From Candidatus Krumholzibacteriota bacterium (GTDB lineage Bacteria; Krumholzibacteriota; Krumholzibacteriia; JAJRXK01): 64,000 nt of DNA. Of the stretch, positions 21,263 through 31,307 are shown one piece after another. The stretch spans positions 320,001 through 384,000 of the forward strand of contig CAVSGG010000008.1 in the NCBI GenBank assembly GCA_963727455.1. The letters are read 5' to 3'. The notes under the pieces were generated by a model. That model saw only the letters and a program-made list of their open reading frames with translations, had not been told where the DNA came from and made no database searches. A program made the translations under genes and the position numbers. Each line of letters opens with the position of its first letter. Positions within the stretch are counted from its first letter, which is position 1.

Positions 21263-22012
21263 ATGCACCAATGGTTCGTTCCTTTTGCCTTGTTCGCCGT
21301 ACTTATGCCGGGCACACCGGCCACGGTTCAAGCTGCGGACGAGACGCTAGCTCCCGAAGCGGCGCAAAGCTCGGGCTGGCAACAGGAGTTTCATCTCGAC
21401 CAGCGCCATTTCCTCACCAGCGGCGCCAACGACTACTTCCTTTTGGTTCCCCATTTTCGGCTCATACTCGAAGGTCCGGGCGCTAAGTTGATGATCACCG
21501 TGCTTGACGATACGGTTCAGGTCGGCAAGATCATGACCCGCGTCGTGGAGGAGCGGGAATGGGAAGAAGGGCAACTCGTCGAAGTCTCGCGCAACTTCTA
21601 CGCGATGGACGCGCGAACCAAGGACATCTTCTATTTCGGGGAGGAAGTCACGAGCTTCCCTGAAGGAAAGTCCGAAAAGGGCAACGACTCTTGGCGCGCC
21701 GATGACAAGGGGGCCCACGCCGGGCTGATGATGCCCGGCACTCCCGAAGTGGGCATGAAGTACTATCAGGAATTCGCCCCCGGACGAGCAATGGATCGGG
21801 CGGACATCGCCACTCTTTCGCTGTCCTTCAAGACCCCCGTCGGGACCTTTGCGAACTGTCTGCGGACACGGGAGAGCTCGGGGCTGAACCCTGACGAGCT
21901 CGAATTCAAGACCTACGCGCCGGGCATTGGACTCGTGCAGGACGAAGAACTCCTCCTTTCGAACTACGGATTCAGCAGGGGTACCAAGACCATACCGATT
22001 CGCGGCCGTTAG
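21263..22012 (+). CDS. Secreted hypothetical protein
   Basis: Signal peptide; NDYFLLVP, YFGEEV, AGLMMPG, YYQEF, KTYAPGIGLV pattern; RBS GGGAG. Confidence 0.75.
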   Translation: MHQWFVPFALFAVLMPGTPATVQAADETLAPEAAQSSGWQQEFHLDQRHFLTSGANDYFLLVPHFRLILEGPGAKLMITVLDDTVQVGKIMTRVVEEREWEEGQLVEVSRNFYAMDARTKDIFYFGEEVTSFPEGKSEKGNDSWRADDKGAHAGLMMPGTPEVGMKYYQEFAPGRAMDRADIATLSLSFKTPVGTFANCLRTRESSGLNPDELEFKTYAPGIGLVQDEELLLSNYGFSRGTKTIPIRGR

Positions 22013-22234
22013 GCAGCCGCTGCACAGTGGCAACGAAACGCTGCGGTCTCGTCTCACTGCCTGTCAGCGCGCCTCTGCGTCCGCAACAGCCTTGCAGTTG
22101 AGCGCGAGGGGAACCTCCCAAGCCTCCCAGAGTATATCGCATGTCCCCGACGTGATCCCCCAAGGCCTCTACCCCGCGCCGAGTCCTTTCATGCCGGAGT
22201 CGGAGATTCCAAACTCCAAAGGAAGGATGAACTC

Positions 22235-22540
22235 ATGCGTATGCTTCTCCATGTCCGCATTCCGAACGAGGCGTTCAACGATGCGGTCAGAGATGGTACG
22301 GTCGGTCAGAAGATCCAGAAAATTCTCGAAGAAACCAAGCCCGAGGCAGTGTACTTCACGGAGTACGAAGGGTACCGGGGTTCACTGCAGATCATCGATG
22401 TGAGTGATCCGGCACAAGTACCCAAGTACGCGGAACCGTGGTACCTCCTCTTCGATGCCGAATGTGAATTCAGGGTGGTCATGACGCCAGAGGATCTCGG
22501 CCGCGCCAAGCTGGAGTCAGTGGGAGAAAAGTGGCGCTAG
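22235..22540 (+). CDS. Small conserved hypothetical protein (GYD/DUF3303-like)
   Basis: KPEAVYFTE..G.R, AEPW, VMTPEDL; RBS present. Confidence 0.7.
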   Translation: MRMLLHVRIPNEAFNDAVRDGTVGQKIQKILEETKPEAVYFTEYEGYRGSLQIIDVSDPAQVPKYAEPWYLLFDAECEFRVVMTPEDLGRAKLESVGEKWR

Positions 22541-22562
22541 CTGTGGCGAAGAGGCAACGGCA

Positions 22563-23039
22563 ATGAGCGACTTCGAACCGAAGATAGTGAGCTTCGAGGG
22601 TACGCTCGTGGTCGATGCCGGACTCGAAGCGGCCTTCCCTCTGTTCTCTCCCGATGGGGAGCGAGCTTGGGTGCCAACTTGGAAACCCGAGATCCTCCAC
22701 CCTCCCTCCGGCGCGTGGAGGAAGGGCCAGGTATTTCGAACCCAGGAAGAAGATGGAGAAGCACTGTGGCTCGTCTCGCAACTGAGTCGCGAGAACCACG
22801 AGGTCGAGTACCATCGCCTCCAGCCAAAGCGCCACCTCACGCGCGTTCGCGTTCGCTGCTGTCCCTCGGGGCAGCAGCAAACCGAAGTCACCGTCAGCTA
22901 CTGTCATGTGGGACTCTCCGAAGCGGGCAACCGAGAGCTGGCCGCAATGTCGCCGGATGCCCATCGGCAGAGGCTACAGAAATGGTCACGCTGGATTCGG
23001 ACTCATCTCGCCGGCGATGGATTCGACGCGACCAGCTGA
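22563..23039 (+). CDS. SRPBCC-like hypothetical protein
   Basis: FPLFSPDGERAWVPTW; GAGG RBS; operon context. Confidence 0.65.
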   Translation: MSDFEPKIVSFEGTLVVDAGLEAAFPLFSPDGERAWVPTWKPEILHPPSGAWRKGQVFRTQEEDGEALWLVSQLSRENHEVEYHRLQPKRHLTRVRVRCCPSGQQQTEVTVSYCHVGLSEAGNRELAAMSPDAHRQRLQKWSRWIRTHLAGDGFDATS

Positions 23040-23045
23040 ACCAAA

Positions 23046-23615
23046 TTGGGAGATGCCGTCGCGCGCCAGGCGCAAAGTTTCATGAGAGCCGAGGCCAACG
23101 ACGAGGCCATTCCCTTCTACCGGCATTGTGGATTCCGCGCGCAGCCCGAAGACGTGCAGGGTGTTGCAGTCCCGGCCGTCCTCCCCCGGCCCGGACTGCG
23201 CAAACTCGACGGCACGCGACCAGAGGATCGCGGCGCGCTCTATCGCCTTGCCCGAGGCCGCAGCCCCATTTCCGATCGCTTCGCAATTCTGAACCCGAAG
23301 CTGGTCATGTTCCACGCCCTGTACGGTCTACGCGACCACGTCTACGAGATTCCAGATCTGCAGTGCGCGGTCTTCTTCACGCAGTCAGAAGGTTGCCTCC
23401 GCCTCCTGGATGTCGTCGGTGCGCAGGTGCCGAAGTTCACCCGGCTCTATCCCTACCTCGCTCACGAACAGGACCGTGTAATCGAATTCCATTTCTTCAG
23501 CGACAAAATGGGAGTGCGCCAGGCCCACCTGGCTCCGTGTCCCCACGACAACTGCTTCGTCAAGGGACGCCTCCCCGTGGAAAAGCTCGTCTTTCCCGCC
23601 ACCGGCAAGGCTTGA
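23046..23615 (+). pseudogene. 5'-truncated GNAT acetyltransferase-like gene
   Basis: Begins directly at ANDEAIPFYRHCGF (GNAT motif-B-like) with no preceding motif A region; ends FPATGKA. Confidence 0.5.
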
Positions 23616-23646
23616 GGCACACACCCTGGCCAAGTTCGCCTCGACC

Positions 23647-23694
23647 CGAGCACAGTGTCGCGCGGGCACAGTGTCGCCCGAGCACCAAGTCGCC
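23647..23694. repeat. Three imperfect 16-bp tandem units
   Basis: CGAGCACAGTGTCGCG / CGGGCACAGTGTCGCC / CGAGCACCAAGTCGCC. Confidence 0.75.
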
Positions 23695-23807
23695 CAGGAC
23701 CATCCCCGCTAGCCGCCTCCTCGCGCCGTGCAGCCAGAGCTGTTCGTCCGGCATGAGCATGGTGTAGCCTGAGCTAGCAGGAATATCCCCAAGCAAGGAG
23801 AAGCAAG

Positions 23808-24269
23808 ATGGACATGCCGCAGCTCAGCTCCGGTCACAGGCGCTTTCAAGAACTCGCCGGAAAGTGGGAAGGGAAAGAAACGATGTACCCTTCGCACTGG
23901 GATCCCAACGGCGGAACGGGTCAGGGTCGCAACGTGAACACCGTGGCGCTCGGCGGATTCGCCTTGGTTTCGGACTACGAGCAGCAGCGGGACGGTGTCG
24001 TCACCTTCCGCGGCCATGGCGTCTACAGCTACGACCCCCAAACGGAGCTCTACTCGCTCTACTGGCTCGACTCCATCGGCTCCCACCCCGAGTTGTTCAC
24101 CGGAAAATTCGAGGGGAAGCTACTCACCCTAGGGCACGATCGTCAGCCCATGCAGGTTCGACTCATCTACGATCTCTCCAAGCCCCAGATCATGGCCTCG
24201 AGCATGGAGATGTCTCAGGACGGAGTCGAGTGGAAGAAGCTCTTCGACGCGGAGTACGCGAGGATCTGA
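23808..24269 (+). CDS. DUF1579 family protein
   Basis: LAGKWEGKE, FRGHGVYSYDP, YWLDSIG; AAGGAG RBS. Confidence 0.75.
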   Translation: MDMPQLSSGHRRFQELAGKWEGKETMYPSHWDPNGGTGQGRNVNTVALGGFALVSDYEQQRDGVVTFRGHGVYSYDPQTELYSLYWLDSIGSHPELFTGKFEGKLLTLGHDRQPMQVRLIYDLSKPQIMASSMEMSQDGVEWKKLFDAEYARI

Positions 24270-24322
24270 ACTCGCGGGCAGTTTTGTATGCCCGCCGCCA
24301 TTCTGCGACGCGTCCATTCATC

Positions 24323-25627
24323 CTAGCTCCATTCCAAGAGCAGCGTGTCTTGGATGTGATCGCGCCAGTCGGGATCGACGCCGGCCTTTTCCGCATAGTC
24401 CCTCCAACGCGAGAAAACCGCCACGACCTCGTTCAGAATCTCCTCGGCTCGTCCGCGTTTCAGGGACGCGCTCTTGGCGCACCCCTTGAAATCCTCGCGG
24501 CTGAAATCCTCGCGCTTGCCGTTCATGCTCATCTGGTGGCGGGCGGTCCACCGGCCCGAGGGATTGAAGCTATAGGTCATGTCGAAGGCGGGGGAAAGCG
24601 ACCACTTCCCGGCGCGATCCATCAGGAAAGCGATGTTCTTGACGTGATCGTCTTGATTGCGGCCCACGATGTTGAACACCATGCGGCGGAACTGCTCCTC
24701 GATGCTGCTTGTAGGAAGTTCGAGCTGTCGCATCACCATCAGGGCCTGCTCGTAGGAGTAGGCACCCGCCAGGTGGTAGTCGAAATGAGCCATGGCCCCA
24801 AGGGATTGCATGTGCAGCTTCTGCCCCCCCTCGAGTCGATCGAAACGGCGCATCATGAAGTGCCGGCGCCCGTTTTCTTCGAAGAGCCGGCAGTCGTTGA
24901 TGGCGATGCCGCAATCCCGGGCCATCTGGGAATAGGCATATTCGATGGCGCCGTAACCCTGCGGGTCCTCCAGCTCCCTGTCCTTGTTGCCCATCACCCC
25001 ATCGAATTTCAGTATCCAGTACTCGAACTCGTCCTCGGCCGGCACTTGTCCCGAGCGAACCTCGTTCGTGCGGGGATTCCAGGCGATTACCGCCTTCGCG
25101 CGTGCTCCCCCGGCCGAGGTGCCCACTCGCAGAATGTCCCCCAGCGCTTGCCCCTTGCTCTCCTCGGCAAAAGAAACGCTGAGCTCGCTACGGTGACTCA
25201 AAATCTCCGATGCCAAATCGACGAGCTTGTCGATCTCGACCTGCTGCGCGGTTCTGGCCTTGGGCCCCAGAGCGGGACGGAATTCCAGCGCTCCCATTCC
25301 GCGGCTTCCGGTGTAACAGAGTCGCTCGATTGCGTTGAACGACTCGGGCGTGCGCCCCTGACTGGCCAACCAGGCGTCGATGAGTGCGTTCCCGAATCGG
25401 TCGGGAAGCGAATCAGCCAGAAGTCCGGGCAGTCCGTGGAAGGACACTCGGGACAACTCGGGAAAAGAGTAGACGCGGCGCGAGAGGGGCATGGTGAGGG
25501 GGGCGACTTCGATCCCGCTTTGCGCAAAGCGCGGGGCGTACTCGAATGCGGCCACCTCGCTGCTTTCGCTCAGGGAGACCGCGCCAATGGTGGTGCCCCA
25601 GAGCTTGACCTCGGCCACGCGGTTCAT
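24323..25627 (-). CDS. hipA: HipA family toxin kinase
   Basis: GLPGLLADSLPD, GTSAGGARAKA, WILKFDG, RRFDR, NQDDHVKN, LSPAFD. Confidence 0.93.
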   Translation of the reverse strand: MNRVAEVKLWGTTIGAVSLSESSEVAAFEYAPRFAQSGIEVAPLTMPLSRRVYSFPELSRVSFHGLPGLLADSLPDRFGNALIDAWLASQGRTPESFNAIERLCYTGSRGMGALEFRPALGPKARTAQQVEIDKLVDLASEILSHRSELSVSFAEESKGQALGDILRVGTSAGGARAKAVIAWNPRTNEVRSGQVPAEDEFEYWILKFDGVMGNKDRELEDPQGYGAIEYAYSQMARDCGIAINDCRLFEENGRRHFMMRRFDRLEGGQKLHMQSLGAMAHFDYHLAGAYSYEQALMVMRQLELPTSSIEEQFRRMVFNIVGRNQDDHVKNIAFLMDRAGKWSLSPAFDMTYSFNPSGRWTARHQMSMNGKREDFSREDFKGCAKSASLKRGRAEEILNEVVAVFSRWRDYAEKAGVDPDWRDHIQDTLLLEWS

Positions 25628-26010
25628 CGCTCATCCTCCCAGGACCACGGAGAGGAGGTCTCGGGGGACTTTTTCGTGGATGTCTCCGGGGACTTCTTCG
25701 GGAAGTTCTCGCGGCTGGACGCGCGTTGCCGCTGATTCCCCTGCCGCCGTAGCAAATCCATCGGACGCGGACCGAGCTCGGGTAGTAGCTGATCGAGGCG
25801 AGGAAGTAGCTCGAGCACACGCAGAATTCGCACCAGGCTCGAAAGCTGTCCCGACTCGCCCTTCTCGATTCTCTCCACCGTCCGCTTGCCCAGACCGGCG
25901 CGCTCGGCCAGGGCTGCCTGGGTCAGTCCCAAGTCGATTCGCCGGCGCGCCAGCCGCCGTCCCAGTTCTTCCAGAACGGCCGCATCGGAGAGTTCTATTG
26001 GAAAGGTCAT
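25624..26010 (-). CDS. XRE-family HTH antitoxin (HipB-like)
   Basis: LTQAALAERAGLGKRTVERIEKG; 4-nt overlap with hipA; Trp-containing C-terminal tail. Confidence 0.88.
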   Translation of the reverse strand: MTFPIELSDAAVLEELGRRLARRRIDLGLTQAALAERAGLGKRTVERIEKGESGQLSSLVRILRVLELLPRLDQLLPELGPRPMDLLRRQGNQRQRASSRENFPKKSPETSTKKSPETSSPWSWEDER

Positions 26011-26021
26011 AATCGCAACTT

Positions 26022-26117
26022 TTGACGACTTATCGTCAATATAGGTTTTAAATCGTCAATTCTTACGAATTATATGCACGAAGTTGAGCCATGTCAAGTC
26101 GTCGTATACGACGACTT
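26022..26117. promoter_or_regulatory. Putative hipBA operators
   Basis: TTGACGA-N4-TCGTCAA (26022-26039), half-site ATCGTCAAT (26052-26060), perfect 22-bp palindrome AAGTCGTCGTATACGACGACTT (26096-26117). Confidence 0.65.
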
Positions 26118-27519
26118 ATAAGGAATTGTTCTCGGTCGAGCGGGAAGGCTCTTCCCGCCCCTCCTCCTGCGATTCTCTCTGCTCCAGAGCGCTTCCCTCG
26201 AAGACCGGGCGGCGCACCAGCCCACCGTGGGGATGGATTCCGAGAGCGCGCAGGGCCCGCACGCGAATCGAAGGCAGGCGCGGTGCGGGAGCGCGCGGCA
26301 TGAAACGGCCGGCGGCGAGCGCGGCAAGCAGTCGCGCCACCGCGCTGACGGCGAACAGGCCGCGGTAGTCGCCCCCGAGCAAGGGAAGCAACCACGCGGC
26401 GAGCACGCCCGCTCCGAGCTGCGCCCAGCCCACGAGCAGGCTGTGGGCGGCAAAAAGCGTGGGCCGCGTTCCGCGGGTACTGGATTCCAAAAGCAGAGTG
26501 AAGTAGCCCAGCTCGAAGGCGGACCAGCAGATTCCGGAAAAGAGCTGGGCGAGCAGGATCACCAGGAAGGTCCTGGCGAAGACCCAAGGCAGCGGCACGA
26601 TGGCAATCACGAATAGGGCCAGGATCCAGATCCCCCGCGCGCCGTAACGATCGATGGCGTCGCCCCACGAGGAAGTCACTAGCGACTTGATGACGATCAT
26701 CGCCACCGTCGCGATCATATACTCCAGGTAGCTGAAGCGTAGGCTCTCCAGCATGAATGCCCCGTAGTAGGGGGCGCTGGTATACACCGCAAAATGGAAG
26801 AGAGCAACGAGACCCAACAGCCAGAAGGCACGGGTGCCGCGACCGCTGCGCAGGAATCGCCGCGCCTGTGCTCGTCGCGCCAGACCACTGAAACCGGGTT
26901 CACAGGAGAGAGCGAGGAGGATGGCCGAGGCAATCCGAAAACCCGCCGCGAGCAGGAACGCCAGCTCGAAACCCAACCCGCCGATCATCGGTGAGCTCGC
27001 TCCCGCGGCGGTTGGCTCCAGCCACTGCAGGATGAGTCCACCGCACACCAACCCCGCGCAGGTTCCAGCGTATACCCCGCGATTGCGCCGCCCGAAATAG
27101 CGTCCTCGAACCGCCGCCGGGACCAAATCCCCGATCCAGGACGACCAGGCCGTGCCCGCCCCCTGCCCCATGATCTGATACAGGCAGACCATCAAGATCA
27201 AGCGCGCCGGGGTTGAGGCTCCGAAGTGTTCGACCACGCTCAGAGCCACCAGCACGAGCGCTTGGGCCAGGGCGCTGAACATCACGAGCGGCTTGCGACG
27301 AATTCTCCTGCCCAAGAACGCGACCACGGTCAGTGGTCCGGCCCCGGCAAGTGCCAGCGGTAGGGTGATCGTCAGGGCGAGCTCGAGAGCGCTTGCGTGC
27401 AGTCGTACTGCATCGGCGATGAAGTAGGTCTCCCCCAGGCCTACCATGATTGCCCACGCCGTACCCTCCCACACAGAGAGGCGCATCGTGCGTTCGATCT
27501 GTTCCTTCGTGAGAGTCAT
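26116..27519 (-). CDS. MFS transporter
   Basis: About 12 TM segments; WSSWIGDLVP..RGRYFG, WGDAIDRYG. Confidence 0.85.
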   Translation of the reverse strand: MTLTKEQIERTMRLSVWEGTAWAIMVGLGETYFIADAVRLHASALELALTITLPLALAGAGPLTVVAFLGRRIRRKPLVMFSALAQALVLVALSVVEHFGASTPARLILMVCLYQIMGQGAGTAWSSWIGDLVPAAVRGRYFGRRNRGVYAGTCAGLVCGGLILQWLEPTAAGASSPMIGGLGFELAFLLAAGFRIASAILLALSCEPGFSGLARRAQARRFLRSGRGTRAFWLLGLVALFHFAVYTSAPYYGAFMLESLRFSYLEYMIATVAMIVIKSLVTSSWGDAIDRYGARGIWILALFVIAIVPLPWVFARTFLVILLAQLFSGICWSAFELGYFTLLLESSTRGTRPTLFAAHSLLVGWAQLGAGVLAAWLLPLLGGDYRGLFAVSAVARLLAALAAGRFMPRAPAPRLPSIRVRALRALGIHPHGGLVRRPVFEGSALEQRESQEEGREEPSRSTENNSL

Positions 27520-27573
27520 CGAGTTCTCCGGTCCCACGCAGCGGCCGCTAGAGGATGAAGCTCGCGAGAGATT

Positions 27574-28473
27574 TTAGCCGGTGTTCGTCTTCGGCCGGTC
27601 CCACAGCTCCACCCCTACCACCGAAACCAGGATGAGCAAAGCACCCATCAGCCCGAGGAAGGAGAGAACCTCGCCCAACAGGAAGTAGGCAAAGAGGGTG
27701 GCGAATACGGGTTCCATGGAGAAGATGAGCGCGGTCCGCTGCGGTGTGGTCCGTCCCTGGTAATTGGTCTGGAGCCAGGTGGTGCCGCCGGTGGCAAGAG
27801 TGGCGGTGAACAACAGGGCGACCCATGCCATCTTGCTGAAGTGCAGCGAAGCGGGATGCGAGAGCGGCAGAAAGGCGCCCGCCAAGGCCGCGATTCCCGC
27901 GATCTGCACGAAGGCAAGGGCCGTCGAATCGGGTTTCCTACGCAAGTAGATCTGCAGCACGTGAATATAGACCGCGTAGATCGCCGCGCAGGCCAGAACG
28001 AAGAGATCGCCGCGAGTGATTCCGCCGGTCCGCGGATCGGTGAGCAGGAAGAGACCCAAGGTGGCGGTCAGTGCTGCCAGAAGCTCGATGCGCTTGGGGC
28101 GACCCGCCCGGAAGATCGGGGAGAGAAGGGGAACCAGGATCACACTCAAGCCGGTGATGAAGGCCGCTCGTCCCGCGCCGACCGTAGTGAGCCCCAGCGT
28201 CTGGGTGATGTAGCCTCCCCCGGCCAGGACCCCCAGGATCAAACCAGGGAGAACGACAGAACGGAGACCAGCTCTCGCCTTCGAATTGAAAAGGACTAGC
28301 GGTAGGAATACGAGGAGCGCCAAAGAAAAGCGAAGCGCCACGAAAACGAGCGGCTCCAGGGTGCTCACCGCGGAACGAATGAGAGGAAAGGTGAGCCCCC
28401 AGAAGAGGGTAACCAGCAGCATGGCCAAGTCGGCACGGTGCCTGGAATCAAGGAAGAGCGAGCGCAGGGCCAC
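27574..28473 (-). CDS. DMT/EamA family transporter
   Basis: FWGLTF, LRF, AAFITGL, FSMEPVFA; 10 TM segments. Confidence 0.88.
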   Translation of the reverse strand: MALRSLFLDSRHRADLAMLLVTLFWGLTFPLIRSAVSTLEPLVFVALRFSLALLVFLPLVLFNSKARAGLRSVVLPGLILGVLAGGGYITQTLGLTTVGAGRAAFITGLSVILVPLLSPIFRAGRPKRIELLAALTATLGLFLLTDPRTGGITRGDLFVLACAAIYAVYIHVLQIYLRRKPDSTALAFVQIAGIAALAGAFLPLSHPASLHFSKMAWVALLFTATLATGGTTWLQTNYQGRTTPQRTALIFSMEPVFATLFAYFLLGEVLSFLGLMGALLILVSVVGVELWDRPKTNTG

Positions 28474-28477
28474 TCCT

Positions 28478-28987
28478 TCAGCGCGCCTCTTCGTGCGGCG
28501 CGATCGTTACCAGCGGGGCGTCGGGCAGGACGAGTTCCTCGGCCTCGGCGTGAATGGTCTCCACCGTTCCCGCGATCGTCGCCGGCAGCTCCACCTCCAT
28601 CTTCATCGCCTCCACGCGCACCACCGCTTGCCCGACTTCGACCTCCTGGCCCATCTCCACCAGTAATGCCAGTACTTTCCCGGGCATGGGAGCACGGACT
28701 ACCGGGCTTCCCAGCGCGGCATCAAGGTCCTCCTCGTCCTCCTCATCCACCAGTTTGAAGCTCGAAACTCTCGCTCCCACCTGGACCCAGAGTTGGTGTC
28801 CGTTGCGCGCATAGCGCGCCCGTAAAAGCTCGTCTCCCACTCGCAGGAGTATCGCATTCTCGTCCAACGCCTCGATCTCGCAGAGCAGACTCTTTTCGCC
28901 TGGAAGATCCAGGCGCAAGGACCCGCCTTCCGGCTGAAGACGCAACAGGTGCCGTGTCCCCTTCTCCTGTAGATGCAGCTCCATCAT
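28478..28987 (-). CDS. Biotin carboxyl carrier protein (BT plus biotinyl domain)
   Basis: APMPGKV, EAMKME biotinylation motif. Confidence 0.9.
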   Translation of the reverse strand: MMELHLQEKGTRHLLRLQPEGGSLRLDLPGEKSLLCEIEALDENAILLRVGDELLRARYARNGHQLWVQVGARVSSFKLVDEEDEEDLDAALGSPVVRAPMPGKVLALLVEMGQEVEVGQAVVRVEAMKMEVELPATIAGTVETIHAEAEELVLPDAPLVTIAPHEEAR

Positions 28988-30513
28988 TCTCCACCTCCCA
29001 GCCGAAGGGCGGGAAGATGGGACCAGGGACCGGGAATCTCCTGCCCGACTGCGGCTTGCCCTCGGCGCGGCGCGGCAAGTGAGGCACGGCTCAAAACGGC
29101 GGCGGCAACGGCCAGCGCCGCAGAATCCTCGCCCTTGCCGGTATCACTTCCCGACTTCCAGTCCTTGAAGTGCTGCGGCAAGAAGCCGGTGTGGGTATGG
29201 CCCTCAGCGAACTGCGGGTGCGCCAGGATCGCGTGGAGGTAGGAAAGATTGCTTCCCACTCCCAACAGGACAGTTTCTGAAAGGGTCTGCAGCATACGGC
29301 GCCTGGCAGCGTCGCGATCCTCCGCCCAGGTGGAGAGCTTTGCAATGAGGGGATCGTAGTACAGAGAGATTTCGGCGCCGGTGGTGATCCCAGTGTCCAC
29401 CCGAACTCCCGGTCCCGCGGCGGCCTCGAAGAGAAGCACCTTGCCGGTACGGGGCATAAAATTCTCCGAGGGATCCTCCGCGTAGAGTCGCGCCTCGATG
29501 CTGTGCCCGCGTGAACGGATGTCCTCCTGCTTCAGTCTGAGTGCATCCCCCTGCGCAACGTGAATCTGTTGGACTACGAGGTCAACTCCGGTCACCCATT
29601 CGGTAACCGGGTGCTCCACCTGTAGACGCGTGTTCATCTCCAGAAAGAAGAACTCGCCGCTCTCGTCCAAAAGCATCTCGACCGTCCCCGCGCCAGTGTA
29701 CGAAACCGCGCGCGCAGCTCGAACCGCAGTCTCGTGCATCCGCGCGCGGAGTGAATCGTCCAATGAGGGCGCCGGTGATTCCTCGATGATTTTCTGATGA
29801 CGGCGCTGAATCGAACACTCGCGTTCCCCGAGATGCAGGACCTCTCCCTGAGTATCCCCCAGCACCTGCACTTCGATGTGGCGCGGCCGGGTGAGCAGCC
29901 GCTCCAGATAGACTTCTTCGTTGCCGAAAGCCGAGAGAGCTTCGCGTCGCGCCGCGGCCACCGCATCGCTCAGGTCCTTGGGTTCCTCTACCGCGCGCAT
30001 TCCCTTGCCGCCACCGCCGGCCGAGGCCTTTACGAGCAGAGGAAAACCGACGCTTTCCGCCGCCTTCATGATCTCCGAGCTCGACGCTTCGGCCCCGAGC
30101 AGGGCGCCGGGAACCACCGGAACTCCGGCCTCCTCCATGCGCGCCCGCGCGCGCGTCTTGAGACCCATCTCCTCGATGACTTCTGGCGTGGGTCCAATGA
30201 AGGTCAGGCCGGCGTCCGCGCACGCCTGGGCGAACTGGGCATTTTCGGCCAAGAACCCGTATCCGGGATGGATCGCGTCGCATCGGGTGGTACGCGCTGC
30301 CTCCAAAATTCTGTCGATCACCAGATAGCTCTTGCTGGCCTCCGCCTCGCCAATCATCACGAGCTCGTCGGCCAGTTGTGCATGGAGAGCGAAACGATCG
30401 ACATGGCTCGCGACCGCTACGCAAGAGATGCCGAGTTCGTGACAGGCTCGGATCACGCGTACCGCAATTTCCCCTCGGTTTGCGATCAAAATGCGGCGGA
30501 TCGGCTGGCTCAT
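28984..30513 (-). CDS. Biotin carboxylase subunit of an acyl-CoA (probably methylcrotonyl-CoA) carboxylase
   Basis: IANRGEIA, HPGYGFLAEN, GGGGKGM, RECSIQRRHQK, EMNTRLQVEHPVTE. Confidence 0.93.
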   Translation of the reverse strand: MSQPIRRILIANRGEIAVRVIRACHELGISCVAVASHVDRFALHAQLADELVMIGEAEASKSYLVIDRILEAARTTRCDAIHPGYGFLAENAQFAQACADAGLTFIGPTPEVIEEMGLKTRARARMEEAGVPVVPGALLGAEASSSEIMKAAESVGFPLLVKASAGGGGKGMRAVEEPKDLSDAVAAARREALSAFGNEEVYLERLLTRPRHIEVQVLGDTQGEVLHLGERECSIQRRHQKIIEESPAPSLDDSLRARMHETAVRAARAVSYTGAGTVEMLLDESGEFFFLEMNTRLQVEHPVTEWVTGVDLVVQQIHVAQGDALRLKQEDIRSRGHSIEARLYAEDPSENFMPRTGKVLLFEAAAGPGVRVDTGITTGAEISLYYDPLIAKLSTWAEDRDAARRRMLQTLSETVLLGVGSNLSYLHAILAHPQFAEGHTHTGFLPQHFKDWKSGSDTGKGEDSAALAVAAAVLSRASLAAPRRGQAAVGQEIPGPWSHLPALRLGGGE

Positions 30514-31307
30514 TCTTCCTCCTCGAATTCAGCCGCCCACTTCGTCTGACGTCTTGCGAAGTAGGCATCGAAGCCCTCTTTGGCCTCGTCGGTTGCGCGC
30601 TGGGCAGCAATGTACTCGGGAGTGATTTCCACGGCTTTCGACAGGGGCAAGGAGCCAATTTCGTCCAGGAGCCGCTTGCACGCAGACTGCGCCAGCGGTC
30701 CTCCCTGGCTCAGCTCCTTCAACACGACGTCGACCGTTGCATCCAGTTCCTCCAGAGAGGCGATCTCGTCCACCAGGCCGAGTCGCTGCGCCTTTTCGGC
30801 CGTGAAGATCTGCGTGCTCAAGAACAGAGTGCGGCAGACCCCCGGTCCCAGACGCCTCAGTACGAAGGGCGAGATCACCGCGGGGAGGATCCCCAAGCGC
30901 GCCTCGGTCAGACCGAACTTCGTTCCTTTAGCGGCAACGACCACGTCGGCTGCGGCGACCAGCCCCAGACCTCCACCGATCGCTGCGCCTTGAACCCGGG
31001 CGACAACCGGTTTGGGACAGGAGGAAATGGCTTCGTAGAGCCCGCTCAGGGTCCGCGCGTCGGCGAGATTATCTTCATGATCGTAGCCGGCGAGACGACG
31101 CATGTAGCCGATGTCCGCGCCGGCACAAAAGGACTTTCCCTCACCTCTCAGGAGCACGAAGCGCACGGCGGAATCCGCTGCAGCTGCGCGAATGCCCTCG
31201 CTGAGTTCCTGGATGAGTTCTTCGTCGAGCGCGTTGCGGATTTCCGGTCGGTTTAAAGAGAGTATCCGCGTACTACCCTTGGCATCTTGGATCAGTTTGT
31301 CGCTCAT
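30510..31307 (-). CDS. Enoyl-CoA hydratase, probably methylglutaconyl-CoA hydratase
   Basis: LNRPEIRNA, FCAGADI, AIGGGLGL, EARLGILPAVISP; carboxylase operon context. Confidence 0.85.
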   Translation of the reverse strand: MSDKLIQDAKGSTRILSLNRPEIRNALDEELIQELSEGIRAAAADSAVRFVLLRGEGKSFCAGADIGYMRRLAGYDHEDNLADARTLSGLYEAISSCPKPVVARVQGAAIGGGLGLVAAADVVVAAKGTKFGLTEARLGILPAVISPFVLRRLGPGVCRTLFLSTQIFTAEKAQRLGLVDEIASLEELDATVDVVLKELSQGGPLAQSACKRLLDEIGSLPLSKAVEITPEYIAAQRATDEAKEGFDAYFARRQTKWAAEFEEEE

